A stretch of DNA of 64,000 bases from Flavobacteriales bacterium (lineage in GTDB: Bacteria; Bacteroidota; Bacteroidia; Flavobacteriales_F; PHOS-HE28): the NCBI GenBank assembly GCA_016710015.1, contig JADJLR010000008.1, forward strand, positions 87,912 through 151,911. Direction: 5' to 3'. Shown one piece after another: positions 40,076 through 48,992 of the stretch (the stretch's first letter is position 1; each line of letters opens with the position of its first letter). The notes beneath the pieces are model-generated. The model was given only the letters and a program-made list of their open reading frames with translations. It was not told the DNA's origin and made no database searches. Both the position numbers and the translations under genes were made by a program.

Positions 40076-40735
40076 TCAATGTGCGCAACGGGGCGCGTTC
40101 TTGTTGAGGATGTCGGTCTTGGTGTAAGTAACGAAGGCCGGTTCCGGCCATTGGAACGCGGTCAGTTCCTTCACATCGAAGGTGGACTTTGGATCTTGGG
40201 CGAGCAGGTCCGCACCGAAGCTTGCTTCGATGGCTTGCAATGAATCGAGCCCGCAGGGTGAAAGGGTGCGGGCCACGGCCAAGCGGCCCAAGCTGTCGAT
40301 GAGGGCAGGCTTCACACCCGGCCGAAGTTTCACGATGTAGGTGCGCCCGTCACTGATGCGTTGCACGATGTAGAGGCCCGGAATGGTATCGCTCACTTGG
40401 AAGGTACCGAACTGTGCGCGGCCCCCGGTTAGCATGATCGCCACATCCGTGAGGCAGGGCGACGAACGGCTGATGACGCGCAGATCGGTACGGTCGATCG
40501 GTGCGCTCGGGTAGAATTCCTTCAGTGCTTCACCAAGCCCAAGCGCGCCCACCACAAGCCCATCGCACCAATGGCCGTGCAGTTTCTCCAGGTCGGTGAA
40601 GGTGACGGTCTGCTCGTTTCCGAGGCGACCCTTGCTGAAGTCAGTGTCCACCACGTGCCATTGAGGTTCAGGACTTTGTTCCTGGGAGCCGGAACAGGCC
40701 GCGAGCAGGAGCACGAAGGGCAACAGGCGCTTCAT
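40076..40735 (-). CDS. FmdE/FwdE family lipoprotein
   Basis: MKRLLPFVLLLAACSG lipoprotein signal. HGHWCDGLVVGALG matches the hGHxCPGlaiG signature of FmdE-family proteins. ATGA overlap with the arsP stop. Reading confused in the track by a 533-aa wrong-frame ORF (40076..41677). Confidence 0.6.
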   Translation of the reverse strand: MKRLLPFVLLLAACSGSQEQSPEPQWHVVDTDFSKGRLGNEQTVTFTDLEKLHGHWCDGLVVGALGLGEALKEFYPSAPIDRTDLRVISRSSPCLTDVAIMLTGGRAQFGTFQVSDTIPGLYIVQRISDGRTYIVKLRPGVKPALIDSLGRLAVARTLSPCGLDSLQAIEASFGADLLAQDPKSTFDVKELTAFQWPEPAFVTYTKTDILNKNAPRCAH

Positions 40736-41706
40736 AGGATGATGTTGAACAGGTAGCCGCTGAGGATGATGAAGAAGGTGACCGTGCCGAAGAAGATCGC
40801 GATGAGCTTCCAGGTCATCACCTTCTTGAGCAGCGTGGCTTCGGGCAGCGAGAGTCCGATCACGGCCATCATGAAGGCGATCGCGGTGCCCAGCGGAACG
40901 CCTTTCTGCACCAGCACCTGGACCACGGGCAGCACACCGGCGGCATTGGCGTACATCGGTATGCCGAGGATCACGGCCAAGGGCACGGCCAATGGATTCT
41001 CCTTGCTGATGTGTTCCTCGAAGAAGCCCGTGGGAATGAAGCCGTGCATGAGCGCACCGATGCCGATGCCGATGAGCACATAGAGCAGTACGCTCTTCAC
41101 GATGCCCAAGGCCTCTTGGGTGATCCCGGGCAGACGTTGCGCGAAGGTGCGTTTCTCCTCCTCGTAGCTGCCTTCCACTTCGGCCTGCTGGATCACACCC
41201 TGCACCCAGGGCGTGAGCAGGTGTTCCAGCTTGAGCTTCCCGAGCACATATCCACCGATCGTGCCCAAAAGGATCCCGCTTGTCGCATAGATCAAGGTGG
41301 TCTTCAAACCGAACATACCGATGAAAATGGCGATGGCCACTTCGTTCACCAAGGGCGAGGTGATGAGGAAGGCGAAGGTGACGCCCATGGGGATGCCACC
41401 TTTTACGAAGCCGATGAACAGCGGCACCGAACTGCACGAGCAGAACGGTGTGATCGCCCCGAAGGCGGAGGCCAGCAGGTATTCGCCACCGAAGAGTTTG
41501 TTGCGCGAGAGGAAGTTGCGGATGCGGTCGATCGGGAAGTAGGCGTTCACGATCCCCATGATGAAGGTGATCACGAACAGCAGGATCAGGATCTTGATGG
41601 AGTCGTAGAAGAAGAAGTGCAGCGCCTGCCCCCAGTGGGTGGTCGCATCGAGGCCGATGGTGTCGTACACCAGCCATGCAATGAGGGTATCGAGCCAGTC
41701 GAACAT
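40732..41706 (-). CDS. arsP: organoarsenical efflux permease ArsP (DUF318 permease)
   Basis: 324 aa, 8 TM helices, TPFCSCSSVP motif diagnostic of ArsP/YraQ-type permeases. Confidence 0.75.
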   Translation of the reverse strand: MFDWLDTLIAWLVYDTIGLDATTHWGQALHFFFYDSIKILILLFVITFIMGIVNAYFPIDRIRNFLSRNKLFGGEYLLASAFGAITPFCSCSSVPLFIGFVKGGIPMGVTFAFLITSPLVNEVAIAIFIGMFGLKTTLIYATSGILLGTIGGYVLGKLKLEHLLTPWVQGVIQQAEVEGSYEEEKRTFAQRLPGITQEALGIVKSVLLYVLIGIGIGALMHGFIPTGFFEEHISKENPLAVPLAVILGIPMYANAAGVLPVVQVLVQKGVPLGTAIAFMMAVIGLSLPEATLLKKVMTWKLIAIFFGTVTFFIILSGYLFNIIL

Positions 41707-41708
41707 GC

Positions 41709-41942
41709 TCAGCGCAGCATCGCCGCGATCTCCTCCACGCTGGGCACTCGGCCTTTGATCATCACCACTTCATCCAGCACCAAGGCGGGCGTGGTGAGGA
41801 TGTTGTACTTCATGATCTCCATGATGTCCTCCACCTTGATCACCTGCGCATCCGCACCGGTTGTGCGCACGGCTTCTTCCGCTGCGGCGATGGTGGACTT
41901 GCATTTGGCACAGCCGGTGCCGAGTACTTTGATGGTCTTCAT
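41709..41942 (-). CDS. redox-active disulfide protein 2 (small thioredoxin family)
   Basis: 77 aa MKTIKVLGTGCAKCK...; the CxxC small Trx usually paired with DUF318 permeases. Confidence 0.7.
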   Translation of the reverse strand: MKTIKVLGTGCAKCKSTIAAAEEAVRTTGADAQVIKVEDIMEIMKYNILTTPALVLDEVVMIKGRVPSVEEIAAMLR

Positions 41943-41958
41943 GGGTTCGTTCTTCTGA

Positions 41959-42264
41959 TCATTTCAACAGGCCCTTGAACAGGCTCTGCGCGTGTTTCCA
42001 GTTCTCCTTGTTGATGCAGTACTTGATCTTCGGCGGCAGGATCTCCCCTTGGATGAGACCTGCTTCCTTCAAGGCTTTCAGGTGCTGGCTGATGGTGCTT
42101 TGCGCCATGGGAATCTCCTCGGTGAGGTCGCCGTTGTAACAACAGGCGCGGTCGGCGAGCAGCTTCAGGATACGGATCCTCACCGGATGTCCTAGCGCTT
42201 TCGCATAGCGGGCCATTTCCTCCTCTTGCGTGGTGTAGTCGATTTCGATAGCGGTGCGCAGCAT
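41959..42264 (-). CDS. arsR: ArsR family transcriptional regulator
   Basis: YAKALGHPVRIRILKLLADRACCYNGDLTEEIPMAQSTISQHLKAL: ArsR HTH with a Cys pair in the metal-sensing position. Confidence 0.8.
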   Translation of the reverse strand: MLRTAIEIDYTTQEEEMARYAKALGHPVRIRILKLLADRACCYNGDLTEEIPMAQSTISQHLKALKEAGLIQGEILPPKIKYCINKENWKHAQSLFKGLLK

Positions 42265-42354
42265 CAGTTCTTCTTTGGTTCCTGTGCGGATACCGGGATC
42301 CCGAGAGCCAAGGAATTCATGATCACGAGGACAGGAGTATGGGAACGCATAGCT

Positions 42355-42412
42355 GGTTGTTCATCGCAAATGAACGATGTATGTGCTGCCTGAGAAGTGA
42401 CGATCGTCACCT
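42355..42412. promoter_or_regulatory. two palindromes (GTTCATcgcaaATGAAC and perfect 14-mer GTGACGATCGTCAC) between acr3 and the second arsR: candidate operators
   Basis: Both lie in the 155-bp gap upstream of arsR (41959..42264) and downstream of the acr3 stop. Coordinates +/-2. Confidence 0.4.
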
Positions 42413-42419
42413 CGCGGGA

Positions 42420-43451
42420 TCAGTATTGCCTGCGCTTCGCGATCCGGACCAGATGCAACATGATCGGCACTTCGATCAACACGCCCACCACGGTGGCCAG
42501 CGCTGCTCCACTGTTCAGACCGAACAAGGCGATCGCGACCGCAACGGATAGTTCGAAGAAATTGCTGGCTCCGATCATGCTGGCCGGGGCGCAGGTACGG
42601 TAGGGGAGCTTCAGCAGACGACCTCCTTTCCAGGTGAGGAAGAAGATGAAATAGGTTTGCAACGCAAGGGGTATGGCGATGAGCAGGATGTGGAACGGGT
42701 TCGCGAGGATCTTCTGTCCTTGAAATGCGAACAGCAGCACCAGCGTCAGCAACAGCGCGGCGATCGAGACTGGTTTCAACGTTGGAAGGAACACGGTCTT
42801 GAACCAATCCTCACCACGCGTCCGGATCAGCCAGCGGTTGGTGAGGTAGCCGGCCACCAGCGGGATCACGACGAAGACGACCACCGAGGTGATCAGCACC
42901 TCCATGGGTATGGAAATGCCGGTGATACCCAGCAGCAGTTGCACAATGGGGACGAAGAGCAGCAGCAGAATGAGGTCGTTCACGCTCACCTGCACCAAGG
43001 TGTAGTTGGGGTCGCCGCCGCTGAGGTAGCTCCATACGAACACCATCGCGGTACACGGTGCAGCGCCGAGCAGGATGGCACCGGCGATATACTCCTGGGC
43101 GAGTTCGGGTTCGAGCCACGCGCTGTACAGATTGTCGAAGAAGAGCAACGCGAAGAAGGCCATGGTGAAGGGCTTGATGAGCCAGTTCACCACCACGGTC
43201 AGGCTCAAGCCTTTCACATCGCGCCCGATGCGGGTAATGGACCCGAAGTCGATCTGCACCATCATGGGATAGATCATCAGCCAAATGAGCACGGCCACGG
43301 GCAGGTTCACATGGTTGTACTCCAGGTCGGCGACCACCTGCATGCCGCTGCCTGCCAATTCGCCCAGCGCAATGCCGACGCCGATGCACAGCAGCACCCA
43401 AGCCGTGAGGTACTTCTCGAAGAAGCCGATGGAGGTGGTGGTATCGCTCAT
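42420..43451 (-). CDS. acr3: arsenite efflux transporter ACR3
   Basis: 343 aa, 10 TM helices, conserved LIKPFTMAFFALLF ... GAAPCTAMVFVWS motif block of the ACR3/ArsB(BART) family. Confidence 0.85.
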   Translation of the reverse strand: MSDTTTSIGFFEKYLTAWVLLCIGVGIALGELAGSGMQVVADLEYNHVNLPVAVLIWLMIYPMMVQIDFGSITRIGRDVKGLSLTVVVNWLIKPFTMAFFALLFFDNLYSAWLEPELAQEYIAGAILLGAAPCTAMVFVWSYLSGGDPNYTLVQVSVNDLILLLLFVPIVQLLLGITGISIPMEVLITSVVVFVVIPLVAGYLTNRWLIRTRGEDWFKTVFLPTLKPVSIAALLLTLVLLFAFQGQKILANPFHILLIAIPLALQTYFIFFLTWKGGRLLKLPYRTCAPASMIGASNFFELSVAVAIALFGLNSGAALATVVGVLIEVPIMLHLVRIAKRRQY

Positions 43452-43547
43452 TTAAGCGCTGGAGTTTGAGCTGTAGGGAACGTGGATCCAGTGAATGTGA
43501 TCAGGTCCTTGATGGTGACATCCGTGTCATCTGCGGCCGCAATTGTT

Positions 43548-44183
43548 CTACCCAATGACCAAGTCCATCAAGTGGTTCATCTCCCGAGCGATATCAAGGC
43601 TGCGTTCCTGATAGGTCCTGGCTTCATCCGCGGTGCCATCGCTCTCCTTCGGGTCCTCGTAGGGAAGGCTGAAACGCATGACCGCACCCGGTACGAAAGG
43701 GCAGTTCTCGTCGGCGTCGCTGCAGACCATGACGGCCGCAAAGTCCACGGCAGTGTCATCGCGATCGCTGATGGATTTGGAGAACAGAAGAACTGGAGGT
43801 TCCTCATCATCGTAGTTCACGAGGTACTGCGTTCGTACCGCATTGCCATGGATGTCCAGATCACCCGCACCATCCACGCGGAAGCCCTGCGCTCTCAAGG
43901 CATCGATCACCGGGCTGGCCACTGCTGTGCCTTCTGTACCGGCCGACGAGGTATGGATGTCCTTCAGCCCGGTCCGGTGCGCCGCCACCTTGGCCCACAC
44001 TTGTGCGAACTGGCTGCGTCGGCTGTTGTTCGTGCAGATGAACGCCAAGTGTGCCGTGTTGCCCTTTGCGCACTGAGCCTTGATCCACGCAGCGATGGCC
44101 CCAAGCCGTTCTGCGCGTTCGGTCGAGATGGTCTTGCCTGAATTGGCGATCCCATCCACGGTAAGTTGCAGTTCGGGATACAT
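43548..44183 (-). CDS. arsC: arsenate reductase ArsC (LMW-PTP type) with ~50-aa N-terminal extension
   Basis: LAFICTNNSRRSQFAQ is a CX5R P-loop; CSDADENC distal cysteines. Confidence 0.7.
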   Translation of the reverse strand: MYPELQLTVDGIANSGKTISTERAERLGAIAAWIKAQCAKGNTAHLAFICTNNSRRSQFAQVWAKVAAHRTGLKDIHTSSAGTEGTAVASPVIDALRAQGFRVDGAGDLDIHGNAVRTQYLVNYDDEEPPVLLFSKSISDRDDTAVDFAAVMVCSDADENCPFVPGAVMRFSLPYEDPKESDGTADEARTYQERSLDIAREMNHLMDLVIG

Positions 44184-44515
44184 CAGCAGCAGCTCCTGTC
44201 AACAGGCGCGTATTTGTTGAATAGTGCATTGAAAACGGCCTGCGCCTTGGCCCAGTTCTTCGGTTCGATGCAGTAGCACACGCTGGTGCCTTCCACCGTT
44301 CCGGTGATCAATCCGGCATCCTTCAATTCGCGCAAGTGTTGGCTGATCGTGGCCTGCGCCAAGCCCAGTTCATCCACCAAGCTGCCGCACACGCAGGTGT
44401 TGCGCTGCAGTATGTGCTGAAGTATCGCGATGCGCGCCGGATGGCCCAGTACCTTGGCCCATTGGGCAGTGCGGTTCTGGTCGCGGGTGAAGAGTTCGGC
44501 TTTGGTGATCCCCAT
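44183..44515 (-). CDS. arsR: ArsR family transcriptional regulator (arsenic-responsive, C-terminal Cys cluster)
   Basis: WAKVLGHPARIAILQHILQRNTCVCGSLVDELGLAQATISQHLREL and C-terminal ...VDRSCC. Confidence 0.8.
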   Translation of the reverse strand: MGITKAELFTRDQNRTAQWAKVLGHPARIAILQHILQRNTCVCGSLVDELGLAQATISQHLRELKDAGLITGTVEGTSVCYCIEPKNWAKAQAVFNALFNKYAPVDRSCC

Positions 44516-44705
44516 CTTGATCGTTTGATCGCAATATTACGATGTATATCCTTTCGTCAAAAAGAATGTGATCATAGAAAGAGACGGACAGGGCACGACT
44601 TGAGGACCTTATACCCGATCCGCACAGCTATCAAGGTGTACGCATGTGAAGAATCGCCGAGTGCTGCGCTGGTGCTTCTCGGTCAAATGGCCAACTGCGC
44701 GGCGA

Positions 44706-45068
44706 TCACTTCCGCAAGATCTTCTCCATGGCCTTGCCCTTGGCCAGTTCGTCCACCAGCTTGTCCAGATAGCGGATCTGCTGCATGAGCGGGTCTTCGA
44801 TGTCCTCCACGCGGTAGCCGCAGATGACGCCGGTGATGAGGGTCACGTTCGGGTTCATTTTCGGCGCCTTCGCGAAGAAGGCTTCGAAGTCAACCTTCAT
44901 TTCGAGCACTTTCTGCAGGCCTCTCTCCGTGTAGCCCGTAAGCCAGTGGATCACTGTGTGCAGTTCCTCCTTGGTGCGGCCCTTCTTCTCCACCTTGTTG
45001 ACGTAGTGCGGGTACACGCTGGCGAACGTCATTCGGTAGACCCGTTCGTAATTCGCGCTTGGCTTCAT
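44706..45068 (-). CDS. DUF2200 domain-containing protein
   Basis: 120 aa; conserved [30 protein letters not shown] pattern of the DUF2200 family. Confidence 0.55.
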   Translation of the reverse strand: MKPSANYERVYRMTFASVYPHYVNKVEKKGRTKEELHTVIHWLTGYTERGLQKVLEMKVDFEAFFAKAPKMNPNVTLITGVICGYRVEDIEDPLMQQIRYLDKLVDELAKGKAMEKILRK

Positions 45069-45095
45069 TGCGGCTCCATAGGTTTAAGCTGAATC

Positions 45096-45341
45096 TCAGG
45101 CAGCACCGCCCTTGCCACTTCGTACCATCTCACGCACCTCCTCCCACGTGTAGCTCTTCCCCTCGCCCCGCTTGTACTCCTCGTAGCGCTCCTTCACGAT
45201 GCTATAGTGCTCATCGGTGAGGCCATTCTCATCCTCGCTCTTCTCCGAACGGAATAGGTCGGCCACTTTCTTGAGCAGACCTTCATCGGTGGTGCGCAGC
45301 AGGCGCTCGATCAATTGAAGTTTTAGGGACTCGGTGGACAT
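45096..45341 (-). CDS. putative addiction-module component (antitoxin-like, TIGR02574-type)
   Basis: 81 aa MSTESLKLQLIERLLRTTDEGLLKKVADLF...: amphipathic helix signature of the putative addiction module component family. Confidence 0.45.
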   Translation of the reverse strand: MSTESLKLQLIERLLRTTDEGLLKKVADLFRSEKSEDENGLTDEHYSIVKERYEEYKRGEGKSYTWEEVREMVRSGKGGAA

Positions 45342-45386
45342 GGGGATCGGTCGTGCGACGAAGTTAGGACATGGACCGTGGCCTGC

Positions 45387-46040
45387 TCACATGCTCTTTC
45401 GCGTGATGCGATAGAATGTGGCCCGCTCGCCCATAACGCTTTTCTCGCATTTGTACCCGAGCTTGTTCAGGTCGATCCCGGCCAGCAGCGGCTCGCCCGC
45501 TCCGAGCAGCACGGGCGATACCGCCAAGTGCATCTCATCGATCAACTTGGCTTGCAGGTATTGGCGCACTGTTGCGGCGCCGCCGCCCACGCGCACATCA
45601 CGCGCACCGGCTGCTTCGCGTGCGCGTTCCAGTGCCGCTTCGATCCCCTCGGTCACGAAGTGGAAGACGGTGCCGCCCTCCATTTCCAAGGAAGGCCGCG
45701 GATGGTGCGTGAGAACGAAAACGGGCACATGGTACACCGGGTTGCTGCCCCACCAACCTTTCCAATTCTCATCGGGCCAAGGACCGCGCACCGGCCCGAA
45801 CATGTTGCGCCCCATGATCCACGCGCCGATGTTCTCCATCCCTTGGGCGGCTATGTCATTGTCCGTTCCGAGGTCGCCCTCATCCTTGCCGAAGTGTGTT
45901 CGTTGGAAGTACCGTGTGCGGAGCATCCAGGTGTGCAAATTCTCTGCACCGACGCCGAGCGGGGATTCCAGTGATTGGTTCAGACCGGCACCGAATCCGT
46001 CGAGTGAGATGGTGTAGCTGTGAACGATGAGGCGGGGCAT
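45387..46040 (-). CDS. dihydrofolate reductase family protein (RibD C-terminal domain)
   Basis: MPRLIVHSYTISLDGFGAG...GRNMFGPVRGPW...RVGGGAATVRQYL: RibD_C fold. Start taken as M8 of the track ORF (46040) because duplicated 5' fragments elsewhere begin at this ATG. Confidence 0.75.
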   Translation of the reverse strand: MPRLIVHSYTISLDGFGAGLNQSLESPLGVGAENLHTWMLRTRYFQRTHFGKDEGDLGTDNDIAAQGMENIGAWIMGRNMFGPVRGPWPDENWKGWWGSNPVYHVPVFVLTHHPRPSLEMEGGTVFHFVTEGIEAALERAREAAGARDVRVGGGAATVRQYLQAKLIDEMHLAVSPVLLGAGEPLLAGIDLNKLGYKCEKSVMGERATFYRITRKSM

Positions 46041-46085
46041 GGTGGGGTTGTTTCGCTTCAAAGGTGAGCACTGCCTGCGAACCTC

Positions 46086-46160
46086 ACTTGATCAAAATTT
46101 GAAAGGCGGGTCGGGCTTTTATAGTTCTGAGCCGAAAAATTGAAAAGTGGTCGCCGCTTT
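46086..46160. repeat. hairpin-pair motif A (AAATTGAAAAG..stem..CTTTT x2) between the DHFR-family gene and the PIN gene
   Basis: Sequence aaaatttgaaaggcgggtcgggcttttatagttctgagccgaaaaattgaaaagtggtcgccgcttttcaattctcg; related copy at ~47420-47478. Coordinates +/-2. Confidence 0.5.
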
Positions 46161-46222
46161 TCAATTCTCGATCAGATCCTGATCATGGATGAAGCCAGCA
46201 ATTTGACCCATGCGAACATCCA

Positions 46223-46786
46223 TTAGAGCAGCGCATGCAGATAATCAGCAGTGTTCTTCAGGCCGACCTTTCGGAACTGGTCCAGCACTTGGTAAGCATC
46301 GAGTTCAGGGGAACGTCGGTTCGCCACAAGCTCCTTGAAAGCCTCTAACGCGCGCGCTTGGTTCAGGTCGATGATGTCCGTCAGGAAGTCGTCGGCGCTC
46401 TTTGCTTCCAACCCATACTTCGCCAGTTCCTTCTCAGGGAAGTCTCGGAGGTTGTTCGTGACGATCAGGTTCGCATTGGCCTTGATGGCAGCTGCCAGCA
46501 CATGGCGGTCGTCCTTGTCGGGCAATTCCAAGCCTTCGATCAGGCCGTCGTAATTCTCCACGAGCGCATCCGAGAACGCGTCGCTCATTCGTTGGATCCG
46601 TTTGAGGATCTCCGGTTCTTCAATGCCCTTATCGCGCATCACCTTGGCCCACTCGTCGCAAATGCCAATGCTCCACTTCACGGTGAAGAGGTCGTAATGC
46701 GCGAACCACAACAACAGATCCCGGATGTTCACCGGGAAGATGACGTTGGTGTCCAGAACACACGTGAAGCGGACGCTATGAATCAT
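46223..46786 (-). CDS. PIN domain toxin (VapC-like)
   Basis: VLDTNVIF ... acidic residues in PIN-like spacing; 11-bp overlap with upstream HTH gene. Confidence 0.65.
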   Translation of the reverse strand: MIHSVRFTCVLDTNVIFPVNIRDLLLWFAHYDLFTVKWSIGICDEWAKVMRDKGIEEPEILKRIQRMSDAFSDALVENYDGLIEGLELPDKDDRHVLAAAIKANANLIVTNNLRDFPEKELAKYGLEAKSADDFLTDIIDLNQARALEAFKELVANRRSPELDAYQVLDQFRKVGLKNTADYLHALL

Positions 46787-47309
46787 AGAGACCGGCCTCT
46801 TCGTCGTCCTTCATCATGTCCTTCAGGTTCCGCCTCTGCGCCTCCTTCATCGCCATGCGATATTTCATCACATGCTCGTACTTGATACGTCGATGCTTGC
46901 CGATCAAGGTGAAGGGGATCTTGCCCTGCTCCAGCAGCTTCACCACATGGGGACGGGAACAACCGAGCATCTCAGCGGCTGCCTGCGTGGTCATCTCCGC
47001 CGCGATGGGCATGATCTGTACGGGACGCCCTTCACCCAGATCCTTCAGGATCCGGGATAGAAGATGGAGCGCCATGGTTGGCACGACGATCTTTTGGGAG
47101 GTCTCTTCGATCTCGATCTCGGTCGTATCCTTTTTGGAGAGGCTCTTCAACGACTCTTCAAGTGCCGTGAACGACCTACGTGCGGCCTCTTGCTCCGACC
47201 GTGTCGGCTTGGCGGTATGGGTCTCAACAGCTGGCATGGCATCTGGGGTTGGTGATGCAAAGTTAAACGCAATAAACGAAACGGTGTTGCGCAGGGGCGT
47301 TGCCATCAC
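46776..47309 (-). CDS. helix-turn-helix (excisionase/MerR-type) DNA-binding antitoxin
   Basis: ...TQAAAEMLGCSRPHVVKLLEQGKIPFTLIGKHRRI: HTH_17-like motif. Likely start MPAVETHTAK at 47237. Confidence 0.6.
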   Translation of the reverse strand: MMATPLRNTVSFIAFNFASPTPDAMPAVETHTAKPTRSEQEAARRSFTALEESLKSLSKKDTTEIEIEETSQKIVVPTMALHLLSRILKDLGEGRPVQIMPIAAEMTTQAAAEMLGCSRPHVVKLLEQGKIPFTLIGKHRRIKYEHVMKYRMAMKEAQRRNLKDMMKDDEEAGLYDS

Positions 47310-47419
47310 CTCTTGGGCTTGTTTGATGGGAAGGGCCGGACAAGTCCAGACAACGAGCTAACCTCCTGATATACCGAGCGTTAGTTTCTTGATGGTTGCT
47401 TGATGGGCCATCCTATCCA

Positions 47420-47478
47420 GAAATTGAAAAGCGGGAACAGCTTTTACAGTTCTGGGGCGAAAATTTGAAAAGTCACCA
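47420..47478. repeat. hairpin-pair motif A' (copy of 46086-46160)
   Basis: Sequence agaaattgaaaagcgggaacagcttttacagttctggggcgaaaatttgaaaagtcacc: same architecture and ~75% identity to motif A. Confidence 0.5.
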
Positions 47479-47559
47479 TTGAGCTAGCCTGCATGCTGCG
47501 CGAGATCACGGGTAATAAGTGGGGGCGGGTGTATCGATTCGATGAGTACTTCAAGGTGT

Positions 47560-47640
47560 TCGAGTAGCACGGCGGGATGACGCGAGGGAGATGATTGCTG
47601 TGGACGATGAGGCGGGGCATGGGCGAAGAATCGCAAGCTC
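47560..47640 (-). repeat. duplicated 5' fragment of the DHFR-family gene (first 8 codons MPRLIVHS) with diverged upstream sequence
   Basis: Reads ...gtggacgatgaggcggggcatgg, against gtgaacgatgaggcggggcatgg at the native start (~46020-46041). Confidence 0.55.
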
Positions 47641-47651
47641 TCCGAGAACCA

Positions 47652-48596
47652 CTACCGAGCCACTGGCGGTTGCACGGCAATGTTCTTGATCCACATCTTG
47701 CTCTGCTCGCTGATGATTGCCTTTACGGCTGGGCTTTTCTCGAAGACGATGGTCATAAGGTGGTAGGCAGTCAACACAGCCTCCTGCAGATCCTGAGAAC
47801 TCTCCAAATCTTCGATCAGCACACCTTGTGCCCGTGCTTCCTCGCGATCAATGCGCCTGCCATGGCTCTTCTTGTCCGATCCACGACTGAAATAGTTGGC
47901 GACCGAGTTGCCTTTAACCTCCGCATCCGATTGCCCGTTGAACATGTACTTCATCAACCATCCAGCGACGACCTTTTCGCTATAGTCGATCGCATTCTGC
48001 GCCTCCTGAAGAAGCGCGGGGCCCAACGAGGGTAGGATCGGCGCCCAGAGATGTGCCATGTTCCGATCAGCGGAGATCTCCTTCTTGGCCCGCTCGAACT
48101 GGTCAAGAATGGCAACAGCGGAAACTGTCCGCCCGCCCACTGGCATCTGCGGATCGATCGGACCAAGCTGACTTTGCCTGCCCATGATGATGCGGTCCGC
48201 ACATAGGCTGATCATTGTTCCAGCCGACATCGCATACGTTGGAACGATCACCTCGATATCGTTCGGGAACTTGGACCTTAGGTATGCCACGATGGTCTCC
48301 GTGGAATTCGTGATCCCACCAGGCGTGTGCATGATAAGCGTCAGACCCTTGCTCCAATCCATCCCATGCATCGACGACATGAAACCGTTGATCTCCTCCT
48401 GCGTGATCTGCAGGAACATCGGGTGGGCTTGTGGCTTCTGAAGGAACGCGGATGCATAGAACAAAACGTTCCGGTCACCCCTCAGCTTCCCAACTTGTTG
48501 GAGAGCGCCGATCAGATTGCCGAACAGCCACTTGGTCTTTTCGGCATCCGTCTTCTGTGCTTCTAGAGCGTTGACAAGCTCATTCCACGACGGCAT
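47652..48596 (-). CDS. ClpP/SppA-fold serine protease (SDH-family / S49-like)
   Basis: 314 aa. LIMHTPGGITNSTETIVAYL ... VPTYAMSAGTMISLCADRIIMG: nucleophile-elbow and oxyanion pattern of ClpP-fold (S49/SDH) proteases. Confidence 0.6.
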   Translation of the reverse strand: MPSWNELVNALEAQKTDAEKTKWLFGNLIGALQQVGKLRGDRNVLFYASAFLQKPQAHPMFLQITQEEINGFMSSMHGMDWSKGLTLIMHTPGGITNSTETIVAYLRSKFPNDIEVIVPTYAMSAGTMISLCADRIIMGRQSQLGPIDPQMPVGGRTVSAVAILDQFERAKKEISADRNMAHLWAPILPSLGPALLQEAQNAIDYSEKVVAGWLMKYMFNGQSDAEVKGNSVANYFSRGSDKKSHGRRIDREEARAQGVLIEDLESSQDLQEAVLTAYHLMTIVFEKSPAVKAIISEQSKMWIKNIAVQPPVAR

Positions 48597-48598
48597 GC

Positions 48599-48829
48599 TC
48601 AGTGAATTGCCAAGCTCAGGGGGTGGCTCATGTCCCGTTGGATCGCTTGAAGCTGGGCCTTCTCGAATTCACTGTCATCCGGTTCCGCAAGCTTCACCAA
48701 CTCCACGTACTCCTGATACTCCTTCTGAGCAGCGGCTAACGCCTCGAAGAACTCATTGGATGAGTTGCCTTCGGCAGGCTGCTTTGGAATCTGTTGGTTG
48801 GGGAACATGGCGCTAAGATGGTACATCAA
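48599..48829 (-). CDS. small hypothetical protein co-transcribed upstream of the ClpP-fold protease
   Basis: 76 aa; acidic, helical (EFFEALAAAQKEYQEYVELVKLAEPDDSEFEKAQLQAIQRD); 2-bp gap to protease gene. Confidence 0.4.
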   Translation of the reverse strand: MMYHLSAMFPNQQIPKQPAEGNSSNEFFEALAAAQKEYQEYVELVKLAEPDDSEFEKAQLQAIQRDMSHPLSLAIH

Positions 48830-48884
48830 AGTTAATACCCTTGTTAAGGCGGCATCAAGACCAGTTAGGCGGATCGGTCCGGAC

Positions 48885-48962
48885 CGGCACCGAAGCCGTC
48901 GAGAGAGAGCGAGTAGCTGTGGACGATGAGGAGCATGGTGAATTGTTGCGCTTGAAGAATGC
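48885..48962 (-). repeat. second duplicated 5' fragment of the DHFR-family gene (MLLIVHSYSLSLDGFGAGPDRSA*)
   Basis: Reads gagtagctgtggacgatgaggagcatggtg, similar to 46008-46045. Encodes 24 residues collinear with the DHFR-family N-terminus. Coordinates +/-2. Confidence 0.5.
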
Positions 48963-48992
48963 TGGCTTCAGTTGGAGTACATACACCTCGCA

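Noticed and set aside
40076-41677. 533-aa track ORF, Arg/His/Pro-rich
   Set aside because: Wrong-frame read-through across the real arsP and FmdE-like genes on the same strand. Only its last ~220 codons (40076..40735) are a genuine protein. Composition is typical of off-frame GC-rich translation.
38696-43469. Shadow ORFs 38696..40243(+), 41011..41958(+), 42657..43469(+), 42811..43401(-)
   Set aside because: Antisense or off-frame to the ars-island genes (CcdA-like, arsP, ACR3). No motifs; biased composition.
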